Source of the DNA: an uncultured Bacilli bacterium
GTDB taxonomy: Bacteria > Bacillota_I > Bacilli_A > RF39 > UBA660
DNA length: 64,000 nt
Direction: 5' to 3'
NCBI GenBank assembly: GCA_934182615.1
Contig: CAKPRO010000001.1
Location: forward strand, 78,197-142,196
Shown here: positions 52,846-63,146 of the stretch, in pieces
How positions within the stretch are numbered: position 1 is the first letter of the stretch
Layout of the letters: each line of letters starts with the position of its first letter
Position numbers and translations under genes: made by a program
The notes under the pieces: generated by a model
What the model was told of the DNA's origin: nothing
The model's input: the letters and a program-made list of their open reading frames with translations, nothing else
Databases searched by the model: none

Positions 52846-53672
52846 TATTGTAAAGTTTGGCACTTAGGACAATAATAAGTACCTCTACCACCAACTTTAA
52901 TCTTTTCAATTTTCGTATTACAAATAGGACAATTATTTTTATCCTTACCATGAACAAATAATTCATTTTGAAATAAACCGTGAACTCCATCAACAGAACT
53001 ATATGTTCTAATAGTAGTTCCTCCTTTTTCAATAGCGGCTTCTAAAACTTTTTTTGTATATTTAATTATATTTTCAGCTTCTTCTTTAGTAATTAAATTA
53101 CATTTCTTCAAAGGATTAATTTTAGATAGAAATAAAATTTCATCAGCATATATATTACCAATACCAACGATTATATTTTGGTCAAGTAAAACGCTCTTAA
53201 TAGGTAATTTCTTTTTCTTATATTTATCAAGTAAATATTCACTAGTAAGATTATCATCCCAAGGTTCAAGACCAAGCTTCACTAGTGGTCCTATCTTATC
53301 AATATCTTCTTTTTTTATAAGATACATTTTACCAAATTTTCTAGTATCCATATACCTAAGTTCGCTACCATCATCTAAGTCAAAAATAACATGTTCATGT
53401 TTATTAATATCATCATCTTTAGTCTTAAAAAAGTATTTACCTTCCATTCTAAGATGTGACAGAAGATAATAATCGTCTAAATCAAACAGCAAGAATTTAC
53501 CTCTTCTTTTAACATCATTAATACTTTGATTAGCAGTCTCTTTAATAAATTTCTCTTTACTAGGATATGCAATAATATTATCCCATAAAACTCTAGTTCT
53601 AATTATTTTTTTATTATTTAATCTTAACTTTAAAGATTCTTTAACAGTCTCTACCTCTGGTAATTCTGGCAT
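52845..53672 (-). CDS. mutM: Formamidopyrimidine-DNA glycosylase
   Basis: MPELPEVE N-terminus with catalytic Pro2 (start assigned to the ATG at 53672), an H2TH domain and a C-terminal CPICNT...CPKC zinc finger. Confidence 0.9.
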   Translation of the reverse strand: MPELPEVETVKESLKLRLNNKKIIRTRVLWDNIIAYPSKEKFIKETANQSINDVKRRGKFLLFDLDDYYLLSHLRMEGKYFFKTKDDDINKHEHVIFDLDDGSELRYMDTRKFGKMYLIKKEDIDKIGPLVKLGLEPWDDNLTSEYLLDKYKKKKLPIKSVLLDQNIIVGIGNIYADEILFLSKINPLKKCNLITKEEAENIIKYTKKVLEAAIEKGGTTIRTYSSVDGVHGLFQNELFVHGKDKNNCPICNTKIEKIKVGGRGTYYCPKCQTLQ

Positions 53673-53711
53673 ATATATCACCTCTTTTATTACTTAAATT
53701 ATTTTCCAAAT

Positions 53712-53727
53712 TATTTCCCGGGAAATA
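53712..53727. promoter_or_regulatory. Noc-binding-site palindrome immediately 3' of polA (29-bp copy identical to the recF 3' end)
   Basis: CAAATTATTTCCCGGGAAATAATTTTACC at 53707-53735. Confidence 0.7.
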
Positions 53728-53734
53728 ATTTTAC

Positions 53735-56329
53735 CTATTTAGCCTCATACCAATTATTTCCCAACTCTATATCTACATCGAGTGGTACCTTTAAATCAAA
53801 TACATTAGTCATAGTATTATATACAATCTCTTTAACTTTATCAATTTCATCATCGTATACATTAAATATTAATTCGTCATGTACTTGAAGAATCATCTTA
53901 CTCTTAATATTTTCTTTTTCAAATATTTCATCAATTTCAATCATAGCTTTTTTCAAAATATCTGAAGCTGACCCTTGAACAGGAGTATTAAGAGCCATTC
54001 TTTCACCCATATTTCTAATCATATAATTAGTACTCTTTAATTCATCAATAACTCTCTTTCTATTCATAATAGTTTTAACATAGCCATTCTTTTTAGCAGT
54101 TTCAATTTCTTTATCCATATAGTCTCTAACACCTGGATAAGTATCAAAATATTTATTAATAAATTCTTTAGCCTCTTTAACTGGAATACCTAAGTCTTCA
54201 GCTAAGCCATAACTACTAATACCATATAAAATACCAAAGTTAACAGCTTTAGCCTGCCTACGCATATTTTTAGTAACACCTTCTTGTGGTACTTTAAATA
54301 TATCCATAGCGGTCTTAGTATGAATATCTATACCTTCATTAAAAGCATTTATTAAATCATTAACTCCTGATAAATGAGCAAATACTCTAAGTTCAATCTG
54401 TGAGTAGTCAGAAGATAAAATAACACTATTACTTTCTGGAATAAAAGCCTTTCTAATAAGTCTACCATACTCACTTCTCATCGGAATATTTTGTAAGTTA
54501 GGTTCAATTGAAGATAACCTACCAGTTCTTGTTAAAGTCTGTGTATAAATAGTATGTATTTTACCATCATCACTAATACAGTTAATCATACCATCAATAT
54601 AAGTAGAATAAAGCTTAGTAAGTGCTCTATATTCTAAGATACAATTAACAATAGGATAATCCACTAATTTTTTAAGAACATCAGCATCAGTAGTATATCC
54701 CCCACTTTTATTTTTCTTTCCATAAGGAAGATTAAGCTTTTCAAATAAAATTTCACCAAGTTGTTTAGGAGAATTAATATTAAATTCACATCCAGCATAA
54801 TTATAAATATCCTTAGTAATAAGTTCTAATTTAATTTTAATTTCTTCTCCCATTTCTTTTAAAATATTTTTATCAACTCTAATACCTTCAATTTCCATCT
54901 TAGCAAGTACCTTTGCTAGAGGCATTTCAATATTTTCAAATAGATAAATATTATCTTCTTCTTTCATCTTATTATATAGTTCTTTCTTTGAAGTATAAAT
55001 AAATTTAGCTTTAAGAATAGCTCTCTTACTAGCTTCTTCATCACTTACTACTTCTTTCTTATCATAAATAGGAATATTAAAATTCATATTATTAGCAAGA
55101 TAAGCAATATCATCTTTAGTTTCGTAGTTAAGTAAATAAGCACTAATCATAGTATCAAAAACAATCTTAGGTACTTTAATACCATATCTATTAAATATTA
55201 CAATTAACTTCTTATAATCATAAGTAAATAAATTAAATTCAGTATTTAAAACATTATAATTATTTTTTAATATATCAAAAGGAATATAGTAGGCCAAATT
55301 ATTATTATATAAAGAAATACCAAGTAATTCAGCATCATGATAATTACCAATAGTAGTATCTAACCAGATAGCGGTCTCTTCATTAATTTTAACTTCATTA
55401 ATATCAGTAATGATTTTAAAGTTATCTATACTACTATGTTCTTCTTCCTTTTTATCTTCTTCAATTACATCATCTAATTTTTTAAGAAGAGAATGAAAAC
55501 CTAATTCTTTATAAATATTAGTAAGTTCTTCAATATTACAATTTTTATATTTTAAATCATCAAAACTAGCATCAAGAGGAACTTCTCTATATATTGTAAC
55601 TAAATCTTTACTATAATAAGCATCTTCTTCCCCATCAATAAGTTTAGTTTGTGTAGCACCTTTAATATTATTAATATTAGCATAAATATTTTCAATAGTG
55701 GTATATTCACTAACTAATTTAATAGCTCCTTTTTCTCCAATACCACGAACACCAGGAATGTTATCTGAAGCATCTCCCATTAAAGCCTTTAAATCTATCA
55801 TATGAATAGGTTCAAAACCATATGTCTCGTTAAAAGTTTTTCTATCCATCATAATATAATCTTTAGTTTTAAGTAATTTAACCGTTGTCTCATCACTAAT
55901 TAACTGAAGTAAATCTTTATCACTACTTACAATTAAAGCCTCATATTCTGGATCTTTCTCACACCACATAGATACAGTACCAATAATATCATCGGCTTCA
56001 TAACCGGCACATTCTAAATATTTAATTCCCATTGCTGCAAGTATTTTCTTAGCAATTGGAAATTGTACCTTTAAGTCATCAGGAGTTTCTTTTCTTCCAT
56101 CTTTATATCTTTCATATTTTTCATGTCTAAAAGTCTTACCTATATCAAAAGCCACCATCATATATTCTGGTTTCTCATCATTAACAATTTTATTAATCAT
56201 ATTAACAAAACCATATACTCCATTCGTAGGAAATCCATCTTTATTTCTCATTATATTACCTGTATAAAGAGTAGCATAATAGCTTCTAAATAAAAGATTA
56301 TTACCATCTACTAAAACTATTTTTTTCAT
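53735..56329 (-). CDS. polA: DNA polymerase I
   Basis: 864 aa with a 5'-3' exonuclease domain, a 3'-5' exonuclease-like domain and family A polymerase motifs (DYSQIELR, QVHDEL). Confidence 0.95.
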   Translation of the reverse strand: MKKIVLVDGNNLLFRSYYATLYTGNIMRNKDGFPTNGVYGFVNMINKIVNDEKPEYMMVAFDIGKTFRHEKYERYKDGRKETPDDLKVQFPIAKKILAAMGIKYLECAGYEADDIIGTVSMWCEKDPEYEALIVSSDKDLLQLISDETTVKLLKTKDYIMMDRKTFNETYGFEPIHMIDLKALMGDASDNIPGVRGIGEKGAIKLVSEYTTIENIYANINNIKGATQTKLIDGEEDAYYSKDLVTIYREVPLDASFDDLKYKNCNIEELTNIYKELGFHSLLKKLDDVIEEDKKEEEHSSIDNFKIITDINEVKINEETAIWLDTTIGNYHDAELLGISLYNNNLAYYIPFDILKNNYNVLNTEFNLFTYDYKKLIVIFNRYGIKVPKIVFDTMISAYLLNYETKDDIAYLANNMNFNIPIYDKKEVVSDEEASKRAILKAKFIYTSKKELYNKMKEEDNIYLFENIEMPLAKVLAKMEIEGIRVDKNILKEMGEEIKIKLELITKDIYNYAGCEFNINSPKQLGEILFEKLNLPYGKKNKSGGYTTDADVLKKLVDYPIVNCILEYRALTKLYSTYIDGMINCISDDGKIHTIYTQTLTRTGRLSSIEPNLQNIPMRSEYGRLIRKAFIPESNSVILSSDYSQIELRVFAHLSGVNDLINAFNEGIDIHTKTAMDIFKVPQEGVTKNMRRQAKAVNFGILYGISSYGLAEDLGIPVKEAKEFINKYFDTYPGVRDYMDKEIETAKKNGYVKTIMNRKRVIDELKSTNYMIRNMGERMALNTPVQGSASDILKKAMIEIDEIFEKENIKSKMILQVHDELIFNVYDDEIDKVKEIVYNTMTNVFDLKVPLDVDIELGNNWYEAK

Positions 56330-56414
56330 AACATCACCAAGTCTTTCTATATATAATTATACTAAAAAAAAGCTTTAAAATAAAGTCTTTCTATGTTATT
56401 TTATTTATATAAAT

Positions 56415-56677
56415 TATTTCCCAGGAAATAATTTATTAGTTCGAATCTACGTTTCTCACTATCATTAAAGCCTAATGTCTTTAATGAAAAATATGAAGCC
56501 TATAAAAATAGTCTTCATATTTAACAACATTTTTAATTTAGGTATTATTTTATATAATATTTATTCATTAAAATAACAAAAAACACTTTAAATAAAGACT
56601 ACAGGCTTTATTTAACAGTGAGAGATTACAAGCTCGAACTGAAAAAAAATATTTCCCAAATTATTTCCCGGGAAATA
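56415..56677. repeat. REPIN-like composite: Noc site + REP-like copy b (plus orientation), ~105-bp spacer, REP-like copy c (inverted) + Noc site
   Basis: TATTTCCCAGGAAATA at 56415-56430 (1 mismatch); REP-like 56438-56483; inverted REP-like 56594-56641; TATTTCCCGGGAAATA at 56662-56677 plus an ATATTTCCCAAA half-site. Lies in the polA-polC intergenic region. Confidence 0.65.
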
Positions 56678-56681
56678 TTTT

Positions 56682-59600
56682 CTAAAATAAACTAAGTTGA
56701 CTAGTCTCAGGCATACCTTCAAATATACCCATCGTTCTCATCTTATCAATTAAAGTTTGAGATACCTTACATCTAGTTTGAAAATCCTCAATACTAATAA
56801 ATGGAGCTCTTGCAGCCTCTTTTTCAATATTCTTAGCAACAACATCACCAAGACCATCAATAGCTCTAAATGGAGGAATAATAGTCTTATCATCTTCTAC
56901 TGTAAAGATAGAACCCTTACTTTTATATAAATTATAAGGAGCAACCTTAATACCTCTTGCAGCCATCTCTAAAGCAACCTTTAAAGATTCAGATATACCA
57001 TTCTCTTTATTAGAGGCATCAAAACCCTTATTCTCAATTTCAATAATAGAGTTCTTAATACTATCATATCCTCTAATCATAGCCTCAATATTAAAATCAG
57101 TAGCCTTAGTAGTATACCAACTAGCATAGAAGTATACAGGCATATGTACCTTATACCAAGCAATTCTAAAAGCACTTATAACATAAGCAGCAGCATGTGC
57201 TTTAGGGAACATATACTTAATCTTATGACAACTATCAATAAACCAAGATTCAATACCAGCCTTTTCCATAGTTTCTTTATGCTTAGCCCAAGTTTCTGGA
57301 TCTTTACTAGCCTTACCCTTACGTACAAATTCCATTATTTTAAATGCCTTAATAGGTTCAACACCATGATACATCAGATAAACCATTATATCATCACGAC
57401 ATCCAATAACATCTTTAAAAGGAACAATATTATTCTTAATAAGTTCTTGTGCATTACCAAGCCATACATCAGTACCATGAGATAATCCAGATATCTTAAT
57501 AAGTTCCGCAAAAGTAGTAGGTTTAGTTTCCGCTACCATAGAAATAGTAAAGGGAGTACCAAACTCAGGAATACCAAGAGTACCAGTATCACACATAATT
57601 TGTTCATTAGTAACCCCAAGTACCTTAGTAGAAGTAAATATACTCATCGTATCCTTATCATCAAGAGGAACCTTAAGAATATCCGTACCAGATAATTCTT
57701 GAATTAATCTAAGTTGTGTAGGATCAGAATGACCTAATATATCAAGTTTAAGTAAATCTTGGTCAATAGCATGATAATCAAAGTGTGTCGTTCTCCATGC
57801 ACTAGTAGGATCTTCAGCAGGAAATTGAAAAGGTGTAAAGTCAGATACATCCATATAATCAGGAACAACAACAATACCACCAGGATGCTGACCAGTTGTT
57901 CTCTTAACACCAGTACACCCCATCGCCAGTCTCTCAATTTCACAAGATCTCTTATTCATAATACCCTTATCTTCAAAGTATCCCTTAACAAAACCAAAGG
58001 CTGTTTTTTCCGCAACAGTACCAATCGTACCAGCCCTATAAACATTATCAACACCAAATAAAACTTTAGTATATTCATGAGCAGACGCTTGATTCAAATC
58101 CGAAAAGTTAAGATCAATATCAGGAACCTTATCAGCATTAAACCCAAGGAAAGTAGCAAATGGCATATCTTGCCCATCTTTATACATATGCTCACCACAA
58201 TTAGGACAAATCTTATCAGGCAAATCAAATCCACTAGAATAAGTAGCACCTAAATCATTACCATTATCATCTTTAAAAATACTATTTTTACATTTAAGGC
58301 ATCTATAATGAGCAGGAAGAGGATTAACCTCAGTAATACCCATCATCGTAGCTACAAATGAAGAACCAACACTACCTCTTGAACCAACCAAGAAACCTTC
58401 ATCATTAGAGTGTTTAACAAGTCTTTGAGCAATCAAATAAATAGGATCAAATCCCCCACCAATAACACCACCTAGAGACTTTTTAATTTTTTTATCTAGT
58501 GCCTTATCAGTCATTTCACCATCTTCTTCACTCCAATGTTTTTTAACATAATCACTAACAAGCATCTTAACCTCATCAAATCCGTTAACTAAAGTATTAT
58601 GTAAATTTTCAAATAACTTAGAATCAAGTTCATCATCACTAATATTAGGATTATCTTCACTAATAATTTCTTTCCAGCATTTGTAGACAATATCACCATA
58701 TAATTCCTTAGATATTCTCTCTTCAATATTATGTGGTAAATCATCACCATACCATTCTTTAGCCCTATCAAATACTAAGTCAGTAACCACTCTAGGACAA
58801 TCCAAATAAGACTTACCATCATCACTCTTAACTCTAGGTGAAAAAGGAATACCACCAGTATCAATAATAACCTCAATCTCATCTACCATATCAAGAACTT
58901 TATTAGTATTAGTAACAACAATATCATAAGCAAGTTCTTCTCCTAGAAAAGCAAAATCATTAAGCATTTCCTCAGTAGTTCTAAAGTGCTGTGAAGGAAT
59001 ACTCTTAATACTACTCTTAGCAAGAGGATGTCTACCACCACCAGGAACCTTCTGATTAACAATAATTTCTCTATATATCTTATCTTCCCTGCTAAAATGA
59101 TGAACATCCCCAGTAGCCACGATAAGCTTACCAGCCTCACGAGTAGCATTAATAATCTTCTTAATATGTTCCTTAATTTCATTAACATCTTTAAAATCAC
59201 TAGTCTGAATCAAATGGTCATATACTTCCGGAGGCTGTACTTCAACATAATCATAGAAATTAATAATATTAGTAAGTTCTTCTCCCTCTTTACTTCTCCC
59301 CTCAATAAAAACTTCGCTTTCGTAGCAGCCACTACCAATAATAAGACCTTCTCTAAGTTCATTAAGTTTACTTCTAAGAATTCTTGGTGTCTTATATAAA
59401 TAAGTAGTATTAGCAAGAGAAATAATTTTAAATAGATTCTTAAGTCCTGTCTTATTAAGAGCAATAGCATTAAAATGATAAGTTCTACCAAATTTATATA
59501 TTTCATCTTTTGGAATAAGTTTCTCTAAATCACTTATCTTCTCAAAGTTCTGTGTAAATAATTTACCAAGCATCTTGTAGAAAACTAAAGCAGTACCTTC

Positions 59601-61304
59601 AGCATCATAATCAGCTCTATGATGGGCGTCTTCATCCCAAGGAACATTATATCTTTTAACTAATGCAGATAAACTATGCCTAGAATAGCCAGTATCTAAC
59701 GCTCTAGATAACTCCAAAGTATCAATAACAGTACTATTAAATTCACCAAGATTATATTTTTTCATAGCACTAGAAATAAACGAAATATCAAACTTAGCAT
59801 TATGAGCAACCATTGGATTATCTCCTGCCCATTCTAAGAATCTCTTTGTAACATTCTCTTCATTGTCTTTACCTTTTACCATATCATCAGTAATACAAGT
59901 AAGTTCTGTAATTTTATCAGGGATATGTCTTCCTGGATCAATTAATTCATCAAATCTATCAATAATAGCACCATCTTTAATCTTAACAGCACCTATTTCA
60001 ATCATTTGATCAGCCCCACCAGCATTAAAACCAGTAGTCTCTGTATCAAAAACAACATAAGTAAGATCCTTAAGAATTCTATCATCAGGTCTAACAACAA
60101 TATTAACAGTATCATCAACAACAGTAAGTTCAGTACCATATAAACCCTTAAAATGTTTACTAGGATCTTCTATCTTTTTATTATAACTTTTAATAATATC
60201 ATAAGCAATAGGAAAGGCTTGACAACCACTATGATCGGTAATAGCAACCCCTCTGTAACCCATATCAATACACTTACTAACAAGTTCACAAGTATGTTTA
60301 TTTAAATCAACATTAGTAATACCATCCATCTGACTCATCATTGTATGAGCATGAAGTTCAACTCTCTTAATAGGGGCATTATCTACTACCTTTTCTTTTT
60401 CAGGACTCTCTGTCTTATCAACATCTTTATATCTAGTAGTAAAAGTAAGTTCGTTAGAATACTTATCCATAGCTACTTTACCATAAAAGTTATACCAAGA
60501 ACCAACCCTAAGTAAATCTTTAATTCTAGCATATTCATCATTATCTTTAGTAAACATCTTAACATAAATACTATCACTATTATCAGTAACCTTAAGAGTA
60601 ATAATCTTATATCCACTCTTAGATTCAAACATATCCATACCAAATATCATCCCATTAATAGTAATATTATCTACTTCATACATTAAATCCTTAATAGGAG
60701 TAATACTAGTATCTCTCTTTGGTCTAAAGTATTTTTTTTCTTCTACTTTATCAGGAACACTTTCCTTTCTAGGAGACACCATACTAGGTATATTAACTAT
60801 TTTATCTTTTTCAATTTGATTAAGAATATCATTCTCTTTATTCTCACATAGATTTAAAACAAAATTACCATTAAATCCATATCTATTAAGCATTTCATTC
60901 AAATATTCTTTCTTTTCAGTCATATAAGCAAGCTCTGCTTTATTATAAACATCAAATATATAATTATCATTATCAATATTTAACTTTCTATCAATAAAAG
61001 TCTTATATTTAATACTCTCATCACTAAATAAATCTATTAATTTATCAAAATAATCTTCTAAATATTCATTACTATTATTATTCGTAGTAATAACAACATT
61101 AATATCTTTAATAGTCTTAAAAGTATTCATTATTTTATTACATAATTCATCATATATATATACAGGTAAAACTTTATCATTACTAATAATAAACTCCCAT
61201 AAATTATTTTTCTCATACACTATAATCTTATCAATACTAGCATTCTCTAAATAATCTTTGTTCATGCCTATTTGATTAAGCAATCTTTCCATTTTATCCT
61301 GCAT
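56682..61304 (-). CDS. polC: DNA polymerase III PolC-type (Gram-positive replicative polymerase)
   Basis: 1540 aa with an OB domain, a DEDDh 3'-5' exonuclease inserted in the PHP domain (FDTETTG), a polymerase core and a C-terminal region. Confidence 0.95.
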   Translation of the reverse strand: MQDKMERLLNQIGMNKDYLENASIDKIIVYEKNNLWEFIISNDKVLPVYIYDELCNKIMNTFKTIKDINVVITTNNNSNEYLEDYFDKLIDLFSDESIKYKTFIDRKLNIDNDNYIFDVYNKAELAYMTEKKEYLNEMLNRYGFNGNFVLNLCENKENDILNQIEKDKIVNIPSMVSPRKESVPDKVEEKKYFRPKRDTSITPIKDLMYEVDNITINGMIFGMDMFESKSGYKIITLKVTDNSDSIYVKMFTKDNDEYARIKDLLRVGSWYNFYGKVAMDKYSNELTFTTRYKDVDKTESPEKEKVVDNAPIKRVELHAHTMMSQMDGITNVDLNKHTCELVSKCIDMGYRGVAITDHSGCQAFPIAYDIIKSYNKKIEDPSKHFKGLYGTELTVVDDTVNIVVRPDDRILKDLTYVVFDTETTGFNAGGADQMIEIGAVKIKDGAIIDRFDELIDPGRHIPDKITELTCITDDMVKGKDNEENVTKRFLEWAGDNPMVAHNAKFDISFISSAMKKYNLGEFNSTVIDTLELSRALDTGYSRHSLSALVKRYNVPWDEDAHHRADYDAEGTALVFYKMLGKLFTQNFEKISDLEKLIPKDEIYKFGRTYHFNAIALNKTGLKNLFKIISLANTTYLYKTPRILRSKLNELREGLIIGSGCYESEVFIEGRSKEGEELTNIINFYDYVEVQPPEVYDHLIQTSDFKDVNEIKEHIKKIINATREAGKLIVATGDVHHFSREDKIYREIIVNQKVPGGGRHPLAKSSIKSIPSQHFRTTEEMLNDFAFLGEELAYDIVVTNTNKVLDMVDEIEVIIDTGGIPFSPRVKSDDGKSYLDCPRVVTDLVFDRAKEWYGDDLPHNIEERISKELYGDIVYKCWKEIISEDNPNISDDELDSKLFENLHNTLVNGFDEVKMLVSDYVKKHWSEEDGEMTDKALDKKIKKSLGGVIGGGFDPIYLIAQRLVKHSNDEGFLVGSRGSVGSSFVATMMGITEVNPLPAHYRCLKCKNSIFKDDNGNDLGATYSSGFDLPDKICPNCGEHMYKDGQDMPFATFLGFNADKVPDIDLNFSDLNQASAHEYTKVLFGVDNVYRAGTIGTVAEKTAFGFVKGYFEDKGIMNKRSCEIERLAMGCTGVKRTTGQHPGGIVVVPDYMDVSDFTPFQFPAEDPTSAWRTTHFDYHAIDQDLLKLDILGHSDPTQLRLIQELSGTDILKVPLDDKDTMSIFTSTKVLGVTNEQIMCDTGTLGIPEFGTPFTISMVAETKPTTFAELIKISGLSHGTDVWLGNAQELIKNNIVPFKDVIGCRDDIMVYLMYHGVEPIKAFKIMEFVRKGKASKDPETWAKHKETMEKAGIESWFIDSCHKIKYMFPKAHAAAYVISAFRIAWYKVHMPVYFYASWYTTKATDFNIEAMIRGYDSIKNSIIEIENKGFDASNKENGISESLKVALEMAARGIKVAPYNLYKSKGSIFTVEDDKTIIPPFRAIDGLGDVVAKNIEKEAARAPFISIEDFQTRCKVSQTLIDKMRTMGIFEGMPETSQLSLF

Positions 61305-61390
61305 AATATCACCTAAACTTCCTAAATAATATTATACTAAAAAAAAGAAGTAAATTAAACATATTTACATTCTTTTTACAAACTTTTTTA

Positions 61391-61437
61391 ACTTCAGAGC
61401 CTGTAGTCTCTTCCGTGTTATAGAAAGCCTAGGTCTT
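61391..61437 (+). repeat. REP-like element (copy e) in the polC upstream region
   Basis: ACTTCAGAGC...TCTCTTCCGTGTTA...TATAGAAAG-CCTAGGT-CTTTCTATA. Confidence 0.5.
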
Positions 61438-61477
61438 TCTATAATAATTTAGAGCCTTTCTAAAAAAGTCTCTAAAT

Positions 61478-61498
61478 TAACCTATCAACAGATATTGT
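61478..61498. promoter_or_regulatory. Inverted pair of DnaA-box-like motifs (TATCAACAG-ATA-TTGTTGATA) in the polC 5' region
   Basis: Near-palindrome containing two TTATCAACA-like boxes in opposite orientation. Confidence 0.35.
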
Positions 61499-61524
61499 TG
61501 ATACATAAAAAATCACCCATTTAA

Positions 61525-61968
61525 CTATGAGTGATTTTCTTCTTCTAAATAATCTTTTATACCATTAGCGGATAAAGTAGCACATTTAATTCTTGATGGT
61601 TGCTTACTAGTATCATCAAAAACAAGTAATTCTTTAAGTACATCTTTATCATATTCTTCTTCATTAATCATCTTAAGATAATTATCAATTAAATAAATAC
61701 CTTCTTCCTTAGATTTACCTACTAGCATATTAGCTAAAATATTAGTAGAAGATATACTAATAACACAAGCTTCACCTTCAAAAGAAATATCTCTAATAAT
61801 ATTATCTTCTATTTTTAAATAAATATCTAAATTATCAATACAACTAACATTTCTAGTATTAATCTTAACATAATCTTCATTACTAGTATGTTTCATATTA
61901 GGATTCTGATAATTATCTAAAATAATACTTCTTTTTAAATCTCTATCCATTATAATATTTCCTTCCAT
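61525..61968 (-). CDS. sufU: SUF Fe-S cluster scaffold/sulfur-transfer protein SufU (NifU-like)
   Basis: 147 aa. Conserved Cys residues in GEACVISIS and CATLS contexts match SufU/IscU. Confidence 0.85.
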   Translation of the reverse strand: MEGNIIMDRDLKRSIILDNYQNPNMKHTSNEDYVKINTRNVSCIDNLDIYLKIEDNIIRDISFEGEACVISISSTNILANMLVGKSKEEGIYLIDNYLKMINEEEYDKDVLKELLVFDDTSKQPSRIKCATLSANGIKDYLEEENHS

Positions 61969-63146
61969 ATATTACTACTATTCTTAAGTACATTAATAAG
62001 TAAATCAATTTCTTCCTTATTATTATAGAAACTTAAACTAATTCTAACAGTATTACTAATATTAAATACATTATCAAGAATTTTAGCACAATGATTACCT
62101 GCCCTAACACATATATTATATTTATCTAAGTAAATAGCGGCATCTTGAGCAAATACTCCTTTAATATTAAATGCTACAATATTAGTATCAACATCTTTAT
62201 TATATACTTCAATAAAGTCTAGTTTATTAAGTTCATTAATTAAGTATCTTCTAAGATCTTTTTCATATTTATTAATTTTATCCATACCTATATTATTTAA
62301 ATATTGAATAGCAGCACTAAGGCCCAATACTCCCTCTATATTAGGAGTACCTCCTTCTAGTCTAGTAGGAATTTCTCTAAGTTCAACATAACCATCTTTA
62401 GTAAATATGGCATTCATACCACCACCATAGTTCATAGGAGTAATCTTATCAAGTAAATCAAATTTAGCATATAAAACTCCAACTCCAGTAGGTCCATACA
62501 TCTTATGACCTGAAAAAGCCATAAAATCTATATCATCTTTTTGAACATCAATCTTCTTATGAGGAATACCCTGAGCAGCATCTACTACTACGAAAATATT
62601 ATTATCATGAGCTATCTTACTAATTTCTTTAATAGGTCTTTCATCCCCTACAACATTAGTAACATAAGCAAGTGATACAACTTTAGTCTTATTAGTAATA
62701 TTCTTTTTAAAATTATCAATAGTAACTTCATGATTTTCATTTAAAGGAATATATTTAACCTTGATACCAATTTCTTTTTGTAAAATAAACCACGGAAGAA
62801 TATTTGAAGCATGTTCACTAAGTGTAATTAATACTTCATCATCTTTCTTAAGATAATTCCTAAAAAATCCTGTAACTATCATATTCATTCCATTAGTAGT
62901 ACCACTAGTAAAAACGATTTCTGAGTTTTCTTTAGCATTTATAAAATTTTTAATTTCTTCTCTTGTACTTTCATATAAATTATCAACAATAGCACTAGTT
63001 TTATAATCTCCTCTATGTGCATTAGCAGTATATTCATCATAGTATTTACAAATAGCCTCTCTAACACACTTAGGTTTTAAAGTAGTAGCACCATTATCAA
63101 AGTAAACAATATTATTAGAAAGCATTGCAAAATCATCTCTATGCAT
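61950..63146 (-). CDS. sufS: Cysteine desulfurase SufS (class V aminotransferase)
   Basis: 398 aa with the PLP-lysine region FSGHKMYGPTGVG and the catalytic Cys loop AGNHCA. Confidence 0.9.
   Translation of the reverse strand: MHRDDFAMLSNNIVYFDNGATTLKPKCVREAICKYYDEYTANAHRGDYKTSAIVDNLYESTREEIKNFINAKENSEIVFTSGTTNGMNMIVTGFFRNYLKKDDEVLITLSEHASNILPWFILQKEIGIKVKYIPLNENHEVTIDNFKKNITNKTKVVSLAYVTNVVGDERPIKEISKIAHDNNIFVVVDAAQGIPHKKIDVQKDDIDFMAFSGHKMYGPTGVGVLYAKFDLLDKITPMNYGGGMNAIFTKDGYVELREIPTRLEGGTPNIEGVLGLSAAIQYLNNIGMDKINKYEKDLRRYLINELNKLDFIEVYNKDVDTNIVAFNIKGVFAQDAAIYLDKYNICVRAGNHCAKILDNVFNISNTVRISLSFYNNKEEIDLLINVLKNSSNIWKEIL

Noticed and set aside
56438-56483. tRNA fragment, suggested by GTTCGAATC resembling the tRNA T-arm
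   Set aside because: No acceptor stem, no anticodon arm and no CCA-compatible 3' end. The similarity is confined to 9 nt and is absent from other copies of the element.
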